Shown in pieces: positions 1-9,275 of a stretch of 64,000 nt of DNA. The notes under the pieces were generated by a model that did no database searches, was not told the origin of the DNA, and was given only the letters and a program-made list of their open reading frames with translations. Position 1 is the first letter of the stretch. Every line of letters begins with the position of its first letter. The position numbers and the translations under genes were made by a program. The stretch spans positions 64,001-128,000 of the IMG/VR virus record IMGVR_UViG_3300028888_000044, one strand, 5' to 3'. The DNA is from a virus (lineage: Duplodnaviria > Heunggongvirae > Uroviricota > Caudoviricetes).

Positions 1-1
1 A

Positions 2-298
2 AACAATACCAAACAAAAAGAGGATTTGTTTATAACTACTGGGTATTATGATAATGAAAAGGACGAAATTGTATTGTTCGTTAACGGCAGACACCCAAAA
101 GATGTATTAAGGACGTTTGCCCACGAACTCATACATTGGAATCAGAGAAGAAAGGGTATCTTGAATGACGATGACGGTAAAACTACAAGTCTTGATGACA
201 AGAGGCTTGAAAAACTTGAGGCTGAAGCATATGAAAAGGGTAATATAGGCTTCAGAAAGTGGACAGAATATTATCAACGCAAAATGGGTAAAGAATAA
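2..298 (+). CDS. Zincin-like metallopeptidase-domain protein (5'-truncated by window edge)
   Basis: HExxH motif (FAHELIH) and downstream EAEAY; the frame is open back to base 2. Confidence 0.6.
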   Translation, partial: NNTKQKEDLFITTGYYDNEKDEIVLFVNGRHPKDVLRTFAHELIHWNQRRKGILNDDDGKTTSLDDKRLEKLEAEAYEKGNIGFRKWTEYYQRKMGKE

Positions 299-301
299 AT
301 T

Positions 302-829
302 ATGGCAAATAATAATAATACACCGATTAAGATGCTACAATTCCTAAGGATTAGTAACATTTATGATAGTAAAGAAACTGCTATAGAAGCATTAAACAAC
401 ATCACAAACAGCTCTATGGGTAAGCGTCTTGAAGATGGTACACCTATCTTAGCTCGATTTGGCTCGATAGACAAACCATCGACATTAATGGGTATATTTT
501 TTAAAGGAGAAGGCAATGCTTTTGTAACAATTATTGAAGGTCGAGATGATATATACAATATACTTAATGATTTGTATGGTATCACTGACGATTTAGGGGA
601 CCAAATAAGCAACGTAAGGGGTGAATTGGTAACAATTAATAGTGAAATTGATGGACTTAAGGAAGTTGATAGATTATTACAAGATGAAATAGACATCCTT
701 ATTGCAAAAAAAATGGTTATAGAATCAAACCCAGATAATGATTATATAACAATTTCAAGTTCTACAGTTGGTAACATTACTACATATATCATTAATGAAA
801 CCCATGAATTCGATATGGGTACGTGGTAA
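302..829 (+). CDS. Short member of the fibre-like virion protein family (LQF/LQL N-terminus, DxGx[YWF] C-terminus)
   Basis: N-term LQFLR..YDSKETAIEAL and C-term FDMGTW resemble the ends of 29533..34809 and 34964..36448; central coiled coil. Confidence 0.5.
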   Translation: MANNNNTPIKMLQFLRISNIYDSKETAIEALNNITNSSMGKRLEDGTPILARFGSIDKPSTLMGIFFKGEGNAFVTIIEGRDDIYNILNDLYGITDDLGDQISNVRGELVTINSEIDGLKEVDRLLQDEIDILIAKKMVIESNPDNDYITISSSTVGNITTYIINETHEFDMGTW

Positions 830-856
830 AATAATATATTAAAAATTTGAAATTTT

Positions 857-1237
857 ATGAAAAAAAATATAAGATTAACAGAAAATGACATTCGTAAAAT
901 AGTTAAGAATTCTCTACAAAGAATATTAAATGAGGATGTTGATGAAAGTATTGGTGACAGATTCAAAGGAATGTATCAAGGCTTTAAGCAAGGCGCTAAT
1001 TCAATGAATTCAGCTAATAGAAAAGCTACTGACTATGACCAACTGCACTATGGAAAGCAAGGAGAAGTTGAAAGATATGGGCAAAATAGAAGAGACTATG
1101 ATAACGTAAATTTGGCAAAGAGAAATATTTGGAACGCTATGAGTTGCTTGCATCAAGTCAAGAAAGAATGGGTGCGCAATTATTTTATGCAATTAAGCAA
1201 AATATATGATGACCTCAAAAGAATTAATAGATACTAA
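857..1237 (+). CDS. IRLTE-leader protein (putative head-packaged internal protein)
   Basis: Starts MKKNIRLTENDIRKIVKNSLQRILNE. Confidence 0.75.
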   Translation: MKKNIRLTENDIRKIVKNSLQRILNEDVDESIGDRFKGMYQGFKQGANSMNSANRKATDYDQLHYGKQGEVERYGQNRRDYDNVNLAKRNIWNAMSCLHQVKKEWVRNYFMQLSKIYDDLKRINRY

Positions 1238-1273
1238 AAAAAAAGGCACTATGTAATATAGTGTCTTTTTTTT
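1238..1273. terminator. Bidirectional intrinsic terminator
   Basis: A-tract, GGCACT..AGTGTC stem, T-tract, between convergent genes. Confidence 0.7.
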
Positions 1274-1947
1274 CATAATACTCCTTTCATTAAGTTATAC
1301 TCCCTATTGCGTCTCCCCACATGAGTCTGACAAGTGATATTGGCTGTCTTGACAGCACTCAAAGTATAGTTATAATCAGATTGGTTGATATTGTTGTCAT
1401 TGAATCGGCATCTGTTAAGACGAGCATAGAACTCTGACTTTCTGACACCACCCTCGCCACAATTGTAAATCAATGAACCAAGCCCATCAACAAAATCTTG
1501 TGAAAACGTGTATGGAAATGATGATAGAAGAGAATTGATTGACGTGTTAACCCACGCAATATCCTTCGCAAACAATGCCTCTGCCTCTTCTACAGTAATT
1601 GTCTGTCCTTTCTTCACATCAGTTCCGTGATGCCCATATCCGATTGAATATCCATTAGTGTCCCAATAAGCTGTAAGATTGCAAGATTCCTCTTTCCTTA
1701 TGAAATTCATACCATTTGTTGAAACCTTGTACTTCGTAGATACAAGCTTCTTTGCTTCAGTCTTCTTTGGTTTAGCCTTCGTCTTTGTCACAGTAGGCTC
1801 TTCAACAATAGGCTTTTCGACATACATTGTATCGGTGGCATACTGAACCAAGGACAATGAATACTTCAAGCCATTTGTAAGACCAACATAATAGCTCACT
1901 ACAATCGCCAAAACAATAAAAATTGTAAGATAAATTTTGTTACTCAT
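1273..1947 (-). CDS. GH24 phage lysozyme/endolysin with N-terminal hydrophobic anchor
   Basis: IRKEESCNLTAYWDTNGYSIGYGH (E-x8-D-x4-S/T pattern), SLIYNCG, RRNRE; N-terminal transmembrane segment. Confidence 0.88.
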   Translation of the reverse strand: MSNKIYLTIFIVLAIVVSYYVGLTNGLKYSLSLVQYATDTMYVEKPIVEEPTVTKTKAKPKKTEAKKLVSTKYKVSTNGMNFIRKEESCNLTAYWDTNGYSIGYGHHGTDVKKGQTITVEEAEALFAKDIAWVNTSINSLLSSFPYTFSQDFVDGLGSLIYNCGEGGVRKSEFYARLNRCRFNDNNINQSDYNYTLSAVKTANITCQTHVGRRNREYNLMKGVL

Positions 1948-1972
1948 TCGATTTTTGTTTTAAATTGTTGTG

Positions 1973-2004
1973 CAAAGATAAAACAAAAAAATGAGAATTA
2001 CAAA
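1973..2004 (-). promoter_or_regulatory. Bacteroidota housekeeping-sigma promoter for the lysozyme gene
   Basis: Minus strand reads TTTG-N20-TATCTTTG, matching the -33 TTTG / -7 TAnnTTTG consensus. Confidence 0.7.
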
Positions 2005-2035
2005 TTTAAATTGTTAAAAAATATAAAGACAAAAA

Positions 2036-2878
2036 TTATATATCAAAAAAATGAGGCTTTTCTATTTGAACCCAATCATTATCATACCAAATTCCTTTTC
2101 TCTTGTCAAGTATGCACCATATTGGGGTGTCTTTATATGTGGTTACAACAATTGATTTACCATCATTCCAATATTGTCCGCAATAACCATATTTTTTCAT
2201 AGCGATAGGAAGACTTAATCTTTCAGCATTGGTTTCAAAATCATAAAAATCTGATTGTGGAATCAAGCAATAATATTTATAAGTACCACTATTGCTTGGG
2301 TCGCTTCCACTGTCCTTGCTACCCCAAAAATATTTACCAATATCACTGTTGTTTGAATACGTATTGGTTACACCCTTTTTGATATAACCGTCAGTTATTT
2401 TATATGATGAATCGTGATGCAACAATAGGAGATTATCATCAATTATAACCATATTAGACATAAATTCATTATGTTTGCTTTCAACTTCTTCTTTTGACTT
2501 TCTCTTACCAAGAAACATTTCACCGAATTCATCATCTTCATGTTCTGGATATATTTTTATACGCTCCTTATAAATTGATGGTATCGAATCTGTCTGATTA
2601 CCACTTCCATCAGGATTTTCAGTATATCTTACATCATTGATTTCTCTACCATATAGCATTTCCTTTTTTGGATTAACCATTACATAAACCTTATTTTTAC
2701 TATCATCATCAAACCAAGGATAATAAGGAATTTCACCAACGCAAATGTATCCACTTGTATCAACGTCACCAAACATTTCATTAATCAAATGCCTATTATA
2801 TGTTTCTTTTATCTCTCTAACGCAATATTTTACAATCCTATGTAAATCATTTTCTGTCAATCTAATTATTCTTTTCAT
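2036..2878 (-). CDS. IRLTE-leader protein with unknown globular cargo domain
   Basis: Starts MKRIIRLTENDLHRIVKYCVREIKE, with a second site LINE. Confidence 0.75.
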   Translation of the reverse strand: MKRIIRLTENDLHRIVKYCVREIKETYNRHLINEMFGDVDTSGYICVGEIPYYPWFDDDSKNKVYVMVNPKKEMLYGREINDVRYTENPDGSGNQTDSIPSIYKERIKIYPEHEDDEFGEMFLGKRKSKEEVESKHNEFMSNMVIIDDNLLLLHHDSSYKITDGYIKKGVTNTYSNNSDIGKYFWGSKDSGSDPSNSGTYKYYCLIPQSDFYDFETNAERLSLPIAMKKYGYCGQYWNDGKSIVVTTYKDTPIWCILDKRKGIWYDNDWVQIEKPHFFDI

Positions 2879-2934
2879 ATATTTAAAAAGTACCTTTTAT
2901 ACTAAATATCACAAAAATGGCAATAGATAATATT

Positions 2935-4140
2935 CTATTGCCAAATTGCATCGTGTACAAAGTATTTTAAGCCATCAACAAGGTCGAAACGTTCCCAAGG
3001 GTACATAAGTTTATTATGCTCGTCTTCCATTTCCTCTTCAGTCATTCCATAGTATCCGTTAATTGCCGAATTTGCATAACGGCATACCGTTGGGTCAAAA
3101 CGCTTGATTATATTATGTGGTTCAAGACCTACATTTTTCTTAACCCATTCAACAAGTGGTTTTTCCAAATGCTTGTTTCTATTAAGTGTAATGTTTACTG
3201 AAGTTGGTTCAACAACGCCTATTGAATATGAGATGTCAACCCCACAAGTGTCTGCAATATCAGCAGCAACAATATTCTTGGCTATGTAACGACACATCAT
3301 ATTTCCACTGTAATCAAGTTTTGAAATATCCTTTCCATTGAGTCCACCTCCAGAAATTCTATATGCACTTGATGTCTGATTGCAAGCCAATTTCCTATTG
3401 CACATTCCACAATCAGATATGCTTCCGCCAATCCTCCAAGTTCCAGCTGGATTTACATCAATAATAACCTCTTCAGTTATAAATTTTTCAAAAATATCAG
3501 TATTAAGGTTGATTCTATTAGTTAGAATTGCTTCTGTAATGTAATTTCTTACAGTAGCAAGATTGCACTGATGCATAGCTGAAACTAAAATTGAAATAAC
3601 CCTTTTGGGTTCTATTCCATCATATTCAATAACAACTTGCGATTTAGCATCTGGTCCTATTTCCAATTCAGTTTGCGTATTAATGAAATTACATATATGC
3701 TTTGTTATGTAGCAACCAAGAGGCATAAATGTTTCGGTTTCTTTTGTTGCATAACCACACATAAACCCTTGGTCTGAACCAGCAATTACATCATCTGAAA
3801 TATCGACAGCATTGTGAATTTCCATTGACTGTTTACCAATGAGATTAATAATCTTTATTTCATTTGGTGATAGGTGGTGATTTTCTGGATATTTGATTTT
3901 TTCAAATACAGAACGTACAACTCTGTCATAATCAACAACTGTATTTGAATATACTTCACCACCAATGACAACAATGTTGTCCTTCATCATTACCTCAATA
4001 CCGCAACGCGATTTACTATCACCCTTCACAAACGCATCTACAAGCGAATTAGCTATTATATCACAAACTGCGTCTGGATGTCCATTTGAAACTTGTTCTA
4101 CAGCAATAACATAATTATCAAAATTTATTTGTTTAACCAT
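2935..4140 (-). CDS. metK: S-adenosylmethionine synthetase
   Basis: EQVSNGHPDAVCD, AGSDQGFMCGYA, PDAKSQV, VNPAGTWRIGG, GGGLNGKD, SYSIGVVEP motifs. Confidence 0.95.
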   Translation of the reverse strand: MVKQINFDNYVIAVEQVSNGHPDAVCDIIANSLVDAFVKGDSKSRCGIEVMMKDNIVVIGGEVYSNTVVDYDRVVRSVFEKIKYPENHHLSPNEIKIINLIGKQSMEIHNAVDISDDVIAGSDQGFMCGYATKETETFMPLGCYITKHICNFINTQTELEIGPDAKSQVVIEYDGIEPKRVISILVSAMHQCNLATVRNYITEAILTNRINLNTDIFEKFITEEVIIDVNPAGTWRIGGSISDCGMCNRKLACNQTSSAYRISGGGLNGKDISKLDYSGNMMCRYIAKNIVAADIADTCGVDISYSIGVVEPTSVNITLNRNKHLEKPLVEWVKKNVGLEPHNIIKRFDPTVCRYANSAINGYYGMTEEEMEDEHNKLMYPWERFDLVDGLKYFVHDAIWQ

Positions 4141-4141
4141 T

Positions 4142-5281
4142 TTAATTCCTATTTATACAATTATATGCGTTATTTGTCACTAAAATAATCCGTGATTTTT
4201 CATACATATCCTTTACATCAAAGCAGTCAATATAACTCATTGTAGACCGCAAAGCGTGTATCATCTTTTCTGACCATTCCTTGACAGTACCATCAACTGT
4301 ATACCATTTCTCCATTCCTTCTTCAACTTTGGTATCAACACCCATATCGTTTTGACCTCTATTTGATGCCATACCGTAGAATGACTTCATAAATGAAACT
4401 TGCTTGTCTCCAATAAAGAATCGTCCATTACCCTTATATTGAAAGTCATCTCTATTCATTAACTGAAGTCCGTCAATAACCTCATTACGGTCTTCTAACC
4501 CAAGAGCTAATGCACTAGAAAAGAAACTCGTACAAGGAGAAGCACTTTCAAGTTTTCTACCAAGAACACTTCCAATCATTACAAAATCAGCACCAAGGCA
4601 CAATGCCTTCGACACATCACCAAAGTCCCTTATACCGCCATCAGCCACTATATATGGGCATTTTGCGTGTGGATTACCAAACAATAGCTTCTCCTTTTCA
4701 ATTATTGTATCAGCGATAAGACTTGCGATTGGATAATTTACTCCAGTAATTGGGGTTGTAGTACAGCCATCGCCACCACCTATATTAAGCCGAACATAGT
4801 CAACACCAGCTTTTGCTGCATAATAATATGTGGATGGATTTGCAATGTTTCCTACCATCAGTACAAGCTTGTCACCATAGTGCTTTTTGGCAAGTTCGAC
4901 TTTCTTGTATAACTCTTCCATATGTCCATTTGCCATGTCAACCAAAACGAATGCTTTGTTCTCAATATATGTATGATTTGCACAGAAGAATGTGTCAAAT
5001 TCTTCAAGTGAAAAAGCTGCCCATTTCCCTTGCTTTGCAAATTCCAATCTCATTTCAACCTTATACTTTTTGTCACGAGGAAGTATTGGAATTATCTTGT
5101 TTGATTCGAACATTTCAAAATTCTCCAAACTGACAACACTAGTCATAGGCGCAGCAAATATTGGAAGCATTCCATTCTTGAATGGATTAATGTCACCTCT
5201 GTGTCTAACCTTGCTTATTGCTGCTGGGACAATTGAAATGTCGTTATAAGCATATTTAAATTCTTTTTCTATTTTTCCCAT
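4142..5281 (-). CDS. GMP reductase / IMP dehydrogenase family oxidoreductase
   Basis: PIFAAPM, VDMANGH, VGNIA, IGGGDGCTT (catalytic Cys), IVADGGI, KALCLGADFVMIG, FYGMAS, EEG, LRSTMSY; no CBS domains. Start set at the ATG at 5281. Confidence 0.9.
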   Translation of the reverse strand: MGKIEKEFKYAYNDISIVPAAISKVRHRGDINPFKNGMLPIFAAPMTSVVSLENFEMFESNKIIPILPRDKKYKVEMRLEFAKQGKWAAFSLEEFDTFFCANHTYIENKAFVLVDMANGHMEELYKKVELAKKHYGDKLVLMVGNIANPSTYYYAAKAGVDYVRLNIGGGDGCTTTPITGVNYPIASLIADTIIEKEKLLFGNPHAKCPYIVADGGIRDFGDVSKALCLGADFVMIGSVLGRKLESASPCTSFFSSALALGLEDRNEVIDGLQLMNRDDFQYKGNGRFFIGDKQVSFMKSFYGMASNRGQNDMGVDTKVEEGMEKWYTVDGTVKEWSEKMIHALRSTMSYIDCFDVKDMYEKSRIILVTNNAYNCINRN

Positions 5282-5285
5282 AATG

Positions 5286-5966
5286 TCACTTGTCTTTTTT
5301 GTCAGTACTACCAAATCCGTTTGTTCCTCTCTCCGAATCAGAAAGTTCGTCAACTACCTCAATCTTTATTGTCGGACAATTGAACAGAACCATCTGTCCT
5401 ACTCTATCACCAACTTTGTATGGTGCATATTCAAGATTTTCTGCCTTATGTAGTATTTCATTCGCTGTTTGGCTATATGCATCCATTGCCGTATCATAAG
5501 CCCAAGAAATTGTTCTTTGCCATTCTTTTGGGGTTCCATCCCAAAGATGTAAACAATTGATAAAAGCAGAGTTATAAACACGTTGACCCATAATCTCCAT
5601 ATAAGTCTTTAAGCTTGTCCTGTTCTTGTATCTGAACTGTATTTCACCTCTATATATTGCACAGTCAGCAATACCTACACTATTAGTTAAATAGGCTTCC
5701 TTCTTAGAATTTCCACTTCTGGGAAACAAGAATTGCCCAATGTTGAAATTAGATTCGAATGCCAAACCAGTGTGATAAATATACGTGTCTGTTTTATCGT
5801 CATACTCCACACTGATTGCTGTCATATCCATACCTATGTCACCTTTATGTGCATAGGATGGTATGACAGCTTTTTCGTCCAATTTCTTCAACTTAATCCA
5901 AATAGTTGGCTCCTTTTTCTTGATACCAAATAATTTCTTAAAATCGAAAAAAATCCTTAAATCCAT
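5286..5966 (-). CDS. dut: Trimeric dUTPase with ~60-aa insertion
   Basis: GDIGMDM, PRSG, GIAD..YRGEI, GDRVGQMV, RGTNGFGST. Confidence 0.93.
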   Translation of the reverse strand: MDLRIFFDFKKLFGIKKKEPTIWIKLKKLDEKAVIPSYAHKGDIGMDMTAISVEYDDKTDTYIYHTGLAFESNFNIGQFLFPRSGNSKKEAYLTNSVGIADCAIYRGEIQFRYKNRTSLKTYMEIMGQRVYNSAFINCLHLWDGTPKEWQRTISWAYDTAMDAYSQTANEILHKAENLEYAPYKVGDRVGQMVLFNCPTIKIEVVDELSDSERGTNGFGSTDKKDK

Positions 5967-5972
5967 ATTAAA

Positions 5973-6542
5973 TTACTCTTTGAAAATGCTTGTAGTTGTT
6001 ACAAGCTCATTAGCTTGCCTAATGACAACAGACAACGGATTCGCAAAAATCCTCGCTTGCTCATCATCTACCTTGTCAATGATGGTCATTGCTTCAACTT
6101 CAACTTCAGTCAAAGGTACGTTCATTTGTATTGCAATAGCAAGAGACCTTGCACCTAATTTCAATGCAAGTTTCTTGTTGCTATACTTATATTTTCTACC
6201 CAACTTGTTGATTTCCCACTCGTTATCATTTGGAATAAACATATCTGCCTTTGCAAGATGCTGAAGCAGACACACCTTTACTATTGATGCCTTTTCACAT
6301 CTTAAATTTTCTGGTAACAAATCATTGATTTTCAAGGCAAAAGGAGTTAATACCCTTAAAACCGTATTAAGAAGTGAACCGTCATATGCAAGTCCGCTTA
6401 TTGTATCTATTGCATATGGCGCGTTGATTAATTTGTCATATAAAATACTTTCTATCTTATCTGAATCAATCCCCAAATCACCAAGTTTCTTCTTAAACAA
6501 CTCGTAATTTTTAAACCTTGCTTCTTCGCTTAATTCACACAT
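5973..6542 (-). CDS. HD-domain-like protein, apparently with degenerate metal ligands
   Basis: AYDGSLLNTVL and CLLQHLAK resemble the YhaM-like AYxGGLxxH and ALLHDLGK motifs, but the ligands are substituted. Confidence 0.5.
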   Translation of the reverse strand: MCELSEEARFKNYELFKKKLGDLGIDSDKIESILYDKLINAPYAIDTISGLAYDGSLLNTVLRVLTPFALKINDLLPENLRCEKASIVKVCLLQHLAKADMFIPNDNEWEINKLGRKYKYSNKKLALKLGARSLAIAIQMNVPLTEVEVEAMTIIDKVDDEQARIFANPLSVVIRQANELVTTTSIFKE

Positions 6543-6562
6543 ATTATTATTCGTTTAAATTG

Positions 6563-6787
6563 TTATTCATATTTACGTTTGGGAAATTTGTTATGCCATT
6601 TGCCATAACCAGTAGGGCTACCATCTTTGAATCTTGATGGGGCGCATTCTGAACATAATTTTTTACCCTTGAATTCCTCTCCAACATCACACCAATCAGC
6701 TTTATCAGCATTTTCTTCTGCAAGCCAATACCATCCAAGTGCTGTATTCTCGCAACATCCGCACTTTTCACATTTGAATAATCCCAT
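6563..6787 (-). CDS. Small zinc-finger hypothetical protein
   Basis: CEKCGCCENT and CSEC motifs; 74 aa. Confidence 0.65.
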   Translation of the reverse strand: MGLFKCEKCGCCENTALGWYWLAEENADKADWCDVGEEFKGKKLCSECAPSRFKDGSPTGYGKWHNKFPKRKYE

Positions 6788-6838
6788 ATTGTTTCAGTCG
6801 TTTTGCATAGTGAGTATATAAAAAATGTTAAAAAAACA

Positions 6839-6881
6839 AAAAAAATTCCGTGAATATTATCAAATACTCACGGAACTTTTT
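6839..6881. terminator. Intrinsic terminator hairpin
   Basis: TTCCGTGAATATT..AATACTCACGGAA imperfect stem flanked by A/T tracts, downstream of the minus-strand GT gene. Confidence 0.65.
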
Positions 6882-6918
6882 AAATCAAATATATATTTGT
6901 GGAACTGAATATCATTGT

Positions 6919-8163
6919 TTATTCAATCTTCAAATCTGTTCTTCCAACAAGCTCTATGTATTTCCTTGCTCTTTGTTTGCAGACGGTTTCAATGTCATAT
7001 ACACCATCAACTGTCTTGAACAAATTATCTTGCAACAACTTGAGCTTATCCTTGTTCTGTACAAGCCAAGTAATCATCTTAGCCCATCTCTTTGCGCCCT
7101 TGCCATTTTCAATCAAAAGAGAATTTCCATCTTCATGAAATTCATATCCTTTTGTTATCATTGGCTTTAAGTCAATTGTATAAGGACCGAAATCAGAAGC
7201 GATTATTGCCTTATGGAAAAAGCCAGCCTCTACAACCTTCAATTGTGATTTAACCTTGTTGAAGTCGTTTTCTGCAAGAGGCACAAGCAATACATCAATA
7301 TTGTTATAATGAGTTGCATATTGGCTAATGTCCTTTGTCCAACAGCGCCTATATGCTTCATCGTGATTTGGATAATCTGATTGAGGTATAAACTTCATTA
7401 AGAAATCCTTATGTTCTTTGGATACTATGCTGTAATTGTTAGTAATAATCTTTTCATACTCATACCAAACACTTTCTTCTGGCTTGATTGGAACTGTTTC
7501 AACCTTTCCAGTATCTTTATATCTGATGGTTCTAGTACCTCTTGTATCAAAACCACACAACACAAACTGAATTTGGTCGATAATTTCTTTGTCAAGCTTT
7601 GCAACCATACCGTCAAGCAACTTGAAGTCATGTAGGTGTGAAGAACCACAAATCATTCCAATTCTTAATCTGTCTGTATCTCTCGTATCTTTTGGAATAA
7701 ATTGTTCTTCTGTTGTATCAATGGCATTTGGAAACACTTCCACCTTCTTGTTAATCTTTCTAATCTGATTTGCGAAGATTTCTGTTGTGGTTGAGCACAT
7801 ATCAGCCAATTTAAGTGAGTCAGTGATTGGTATATCCCATCTTTCTGCGTTTGCACTTGCTGACATTGGATGCCAAGTTCCCAAGTTCCAATTATCATCA
7901 ACATCTACAATAACCTTAACATCAAGGAATTGAGCCATTTTAATTATATTGCATTGCTTATCAAGATGTTTGTGAATATGGATTATATCATACTTTCTCA
8001 AAAACGTTTCCAAATTCACATCATTTGGAATACCATACATAATGTCTATGTCAAAAATATCTGACATATGTTCTGCAATCCACTTGTGTGGCGAAACGGA
8101 ACGGAAATATCCACAACCAGAACGGTCTGATGGAAGTACTAGCATTTTTATTTTCTTATCCAT
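6919..8163 (-). CDS. Glycosyltransferase, GT-B fold (GT4-like)
   Basis: GCGYFRSVSP, VDVDDNW, VFPNAID, LVPL..NDFNKVKSQLKVVEAG..IIASDFGPY. Confidence 0.85.
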   Translation of the reverse strand: MDKKIKMLVLPSDRSGCGYFRSVSPHKWIAEHMSDIFDIDIMYGIPNDVNLETFLRKYDIIHIHKHLDKQCNIIKMAQFLDVKVIVDVDDNWNLGTWHPMSASANAERWDIPITDSLKLADMCSTTTEIFANQIRKINKKVEVFPNAIDTTEEQFIPKDTRDTDRLRIGMICGSSHLHDFKLLDGMVAKLDKEIIDQIQFVLCGFDTRGTRTIRYKDTGKVETVPIKPEESVWYEYEKIITNNYSIVSKEHKDFLMKFIPQSDYPNHDEAYRRCWTKDISQYATHYNNIDVLLVPLAENDFNKVKSQLKVVEAGFFHKAIIASDFGPYTIDLKPMITKGYEFHEDGNSLLIENGKGAKRWAKMITWLVQNKDKLKLLQDNLFKTVDGVYDIETVCKQRARKYIELVGRTDLKIE

Positions 8164-8350
8164 GTAAAATTCATTTATATATAAAATATTTAAAAAAGAA
8201 TAAAAATCAATAATAAATAAAAAAAATATTTTTTTTCATTTTTTTTAAATATTTATTTATTTTTAATATTATAATAATATATCTTATATATAAAATAATA
8301 TTTAATTAAATTTTAATTAAAGAAAGAAAATATATAAAGAAAGAAAAGAA

Positions 8351-9049
8351 ATGAAGAAACTTGTAATTGTCGTAGCTTCTAAAAGCACAAATGAAGAGAA
8401 AGCTGATTTCATTCAGCACATTAGTGACACTTGTGGATACCCAAATGATATAGTGTTCAATATAAATCCAAATGGTATTTCTTTGACGAAGATTTATAAT
8501 GATTCAATGAAGGAAAGGGATGGCGATTACTTCATTTTCTTACATGATGACATTGAGTTTGTAAGAAGTGGATGGGGTGCAGAGATTGTCAGACTGTTTG
8601 AAGAGAACAAGGACTATGGAATCATTGGTGTCGCTGGCAGTGGAGAATTTGAAAAGGAGGCTGCTTGGTGGAGATATAAGGATATTTATGGTCAAGTTAT
8701 GCACAGAAAGGATGGCAAGTCGTGGCTTACGACATTTTCGCCATTGTTGCCTTGCGATTTGATGAATGTATGTGTGGTCGATGGAGTTTTTATTGCAGTT
8801 GCAAAAGATAGAATCACAAGCTATTTCAAGGAGGAATATGAAGGGTTCAATTTCTATGAGATTTCATTCTGTCTACAGAACTACATTGATGGCAAGACAA
8901 AGATTGGTGTAACTACAAACGTGAGATTAGCTCATAATTCAGTTGGTGAATTAAAACCGAATTGGTATGAGAACAGAGAAAAACTAAACAAGGAATTTGG
9001 AAAATATTTTCCTATAAAAACTAAACACAATGTCAAAATCACTAGGTAA
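8351..9049 (+). CDS. Glycosyltransferase, GT-A fold (GT2-like)
   Basis: SLTKIYN, FIFLHDDIEF (DxD-type), GIIGVAG, VVDGVFIAV, FNFYE. Confidence 0.8.
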   Translation: MKKLVIVVASKSTNEEKADFIQHISDTCGYPNDIVFNINPNGISLTKIYNDSMKERDGDYFIFLHDDIEFVRSGWGAEIVRLFEENKDYGIIGVAGSGEFEKEAAWWRYKDIYGQVMHRKDGKSWLTTFSPLLPCDLMNVCVVDGVFIAVAKDRITSYFKEEYEGFNFYEISFCLQNYIDGKTKIGVTTNVRLAHNSVGELKPNWYENREKLNKEFGKYFPIKTKHNVKITR

Positions 9050-9275
9050 TTTAACGCTTGCACAATTGCTTGAATTGAAGAATTGTGCAGATATGGTTTC
9101 AGCATACTATGCTGAATGTTTAACAGACTATGCAACGATAGCATCTGATGCAACTTTGAAGAATATGACTCCAGATGTTGCAGAAAAATATTTAAGAAGA
9201 AGAAAATCTCAAAAGTTATCAATGCAGATACTTAACGAGATTGAGCAAATAATCAGCGAATACTATGATGATTGA
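9030..9275 (+). CDS. Hypothetical protein
   Basis: 81-aa ORF overlapping both neighbours in the operon. Confidence 0.65.
   Translation: MSKSLGNLTLAQLLELKNCADMVSAYYAECLTDYATIASDATLKNMTPDVAEKYLRRRKSQKLSMQILNEIEQIISEYYDD

Noticed and set aside
6547-6771. Alternative 74-aa ORF overlapping the Zn-finger gene
   Set aside because: The 6563..6787 frame has an ATG start and coherent Cys motifs; this frame has neither.
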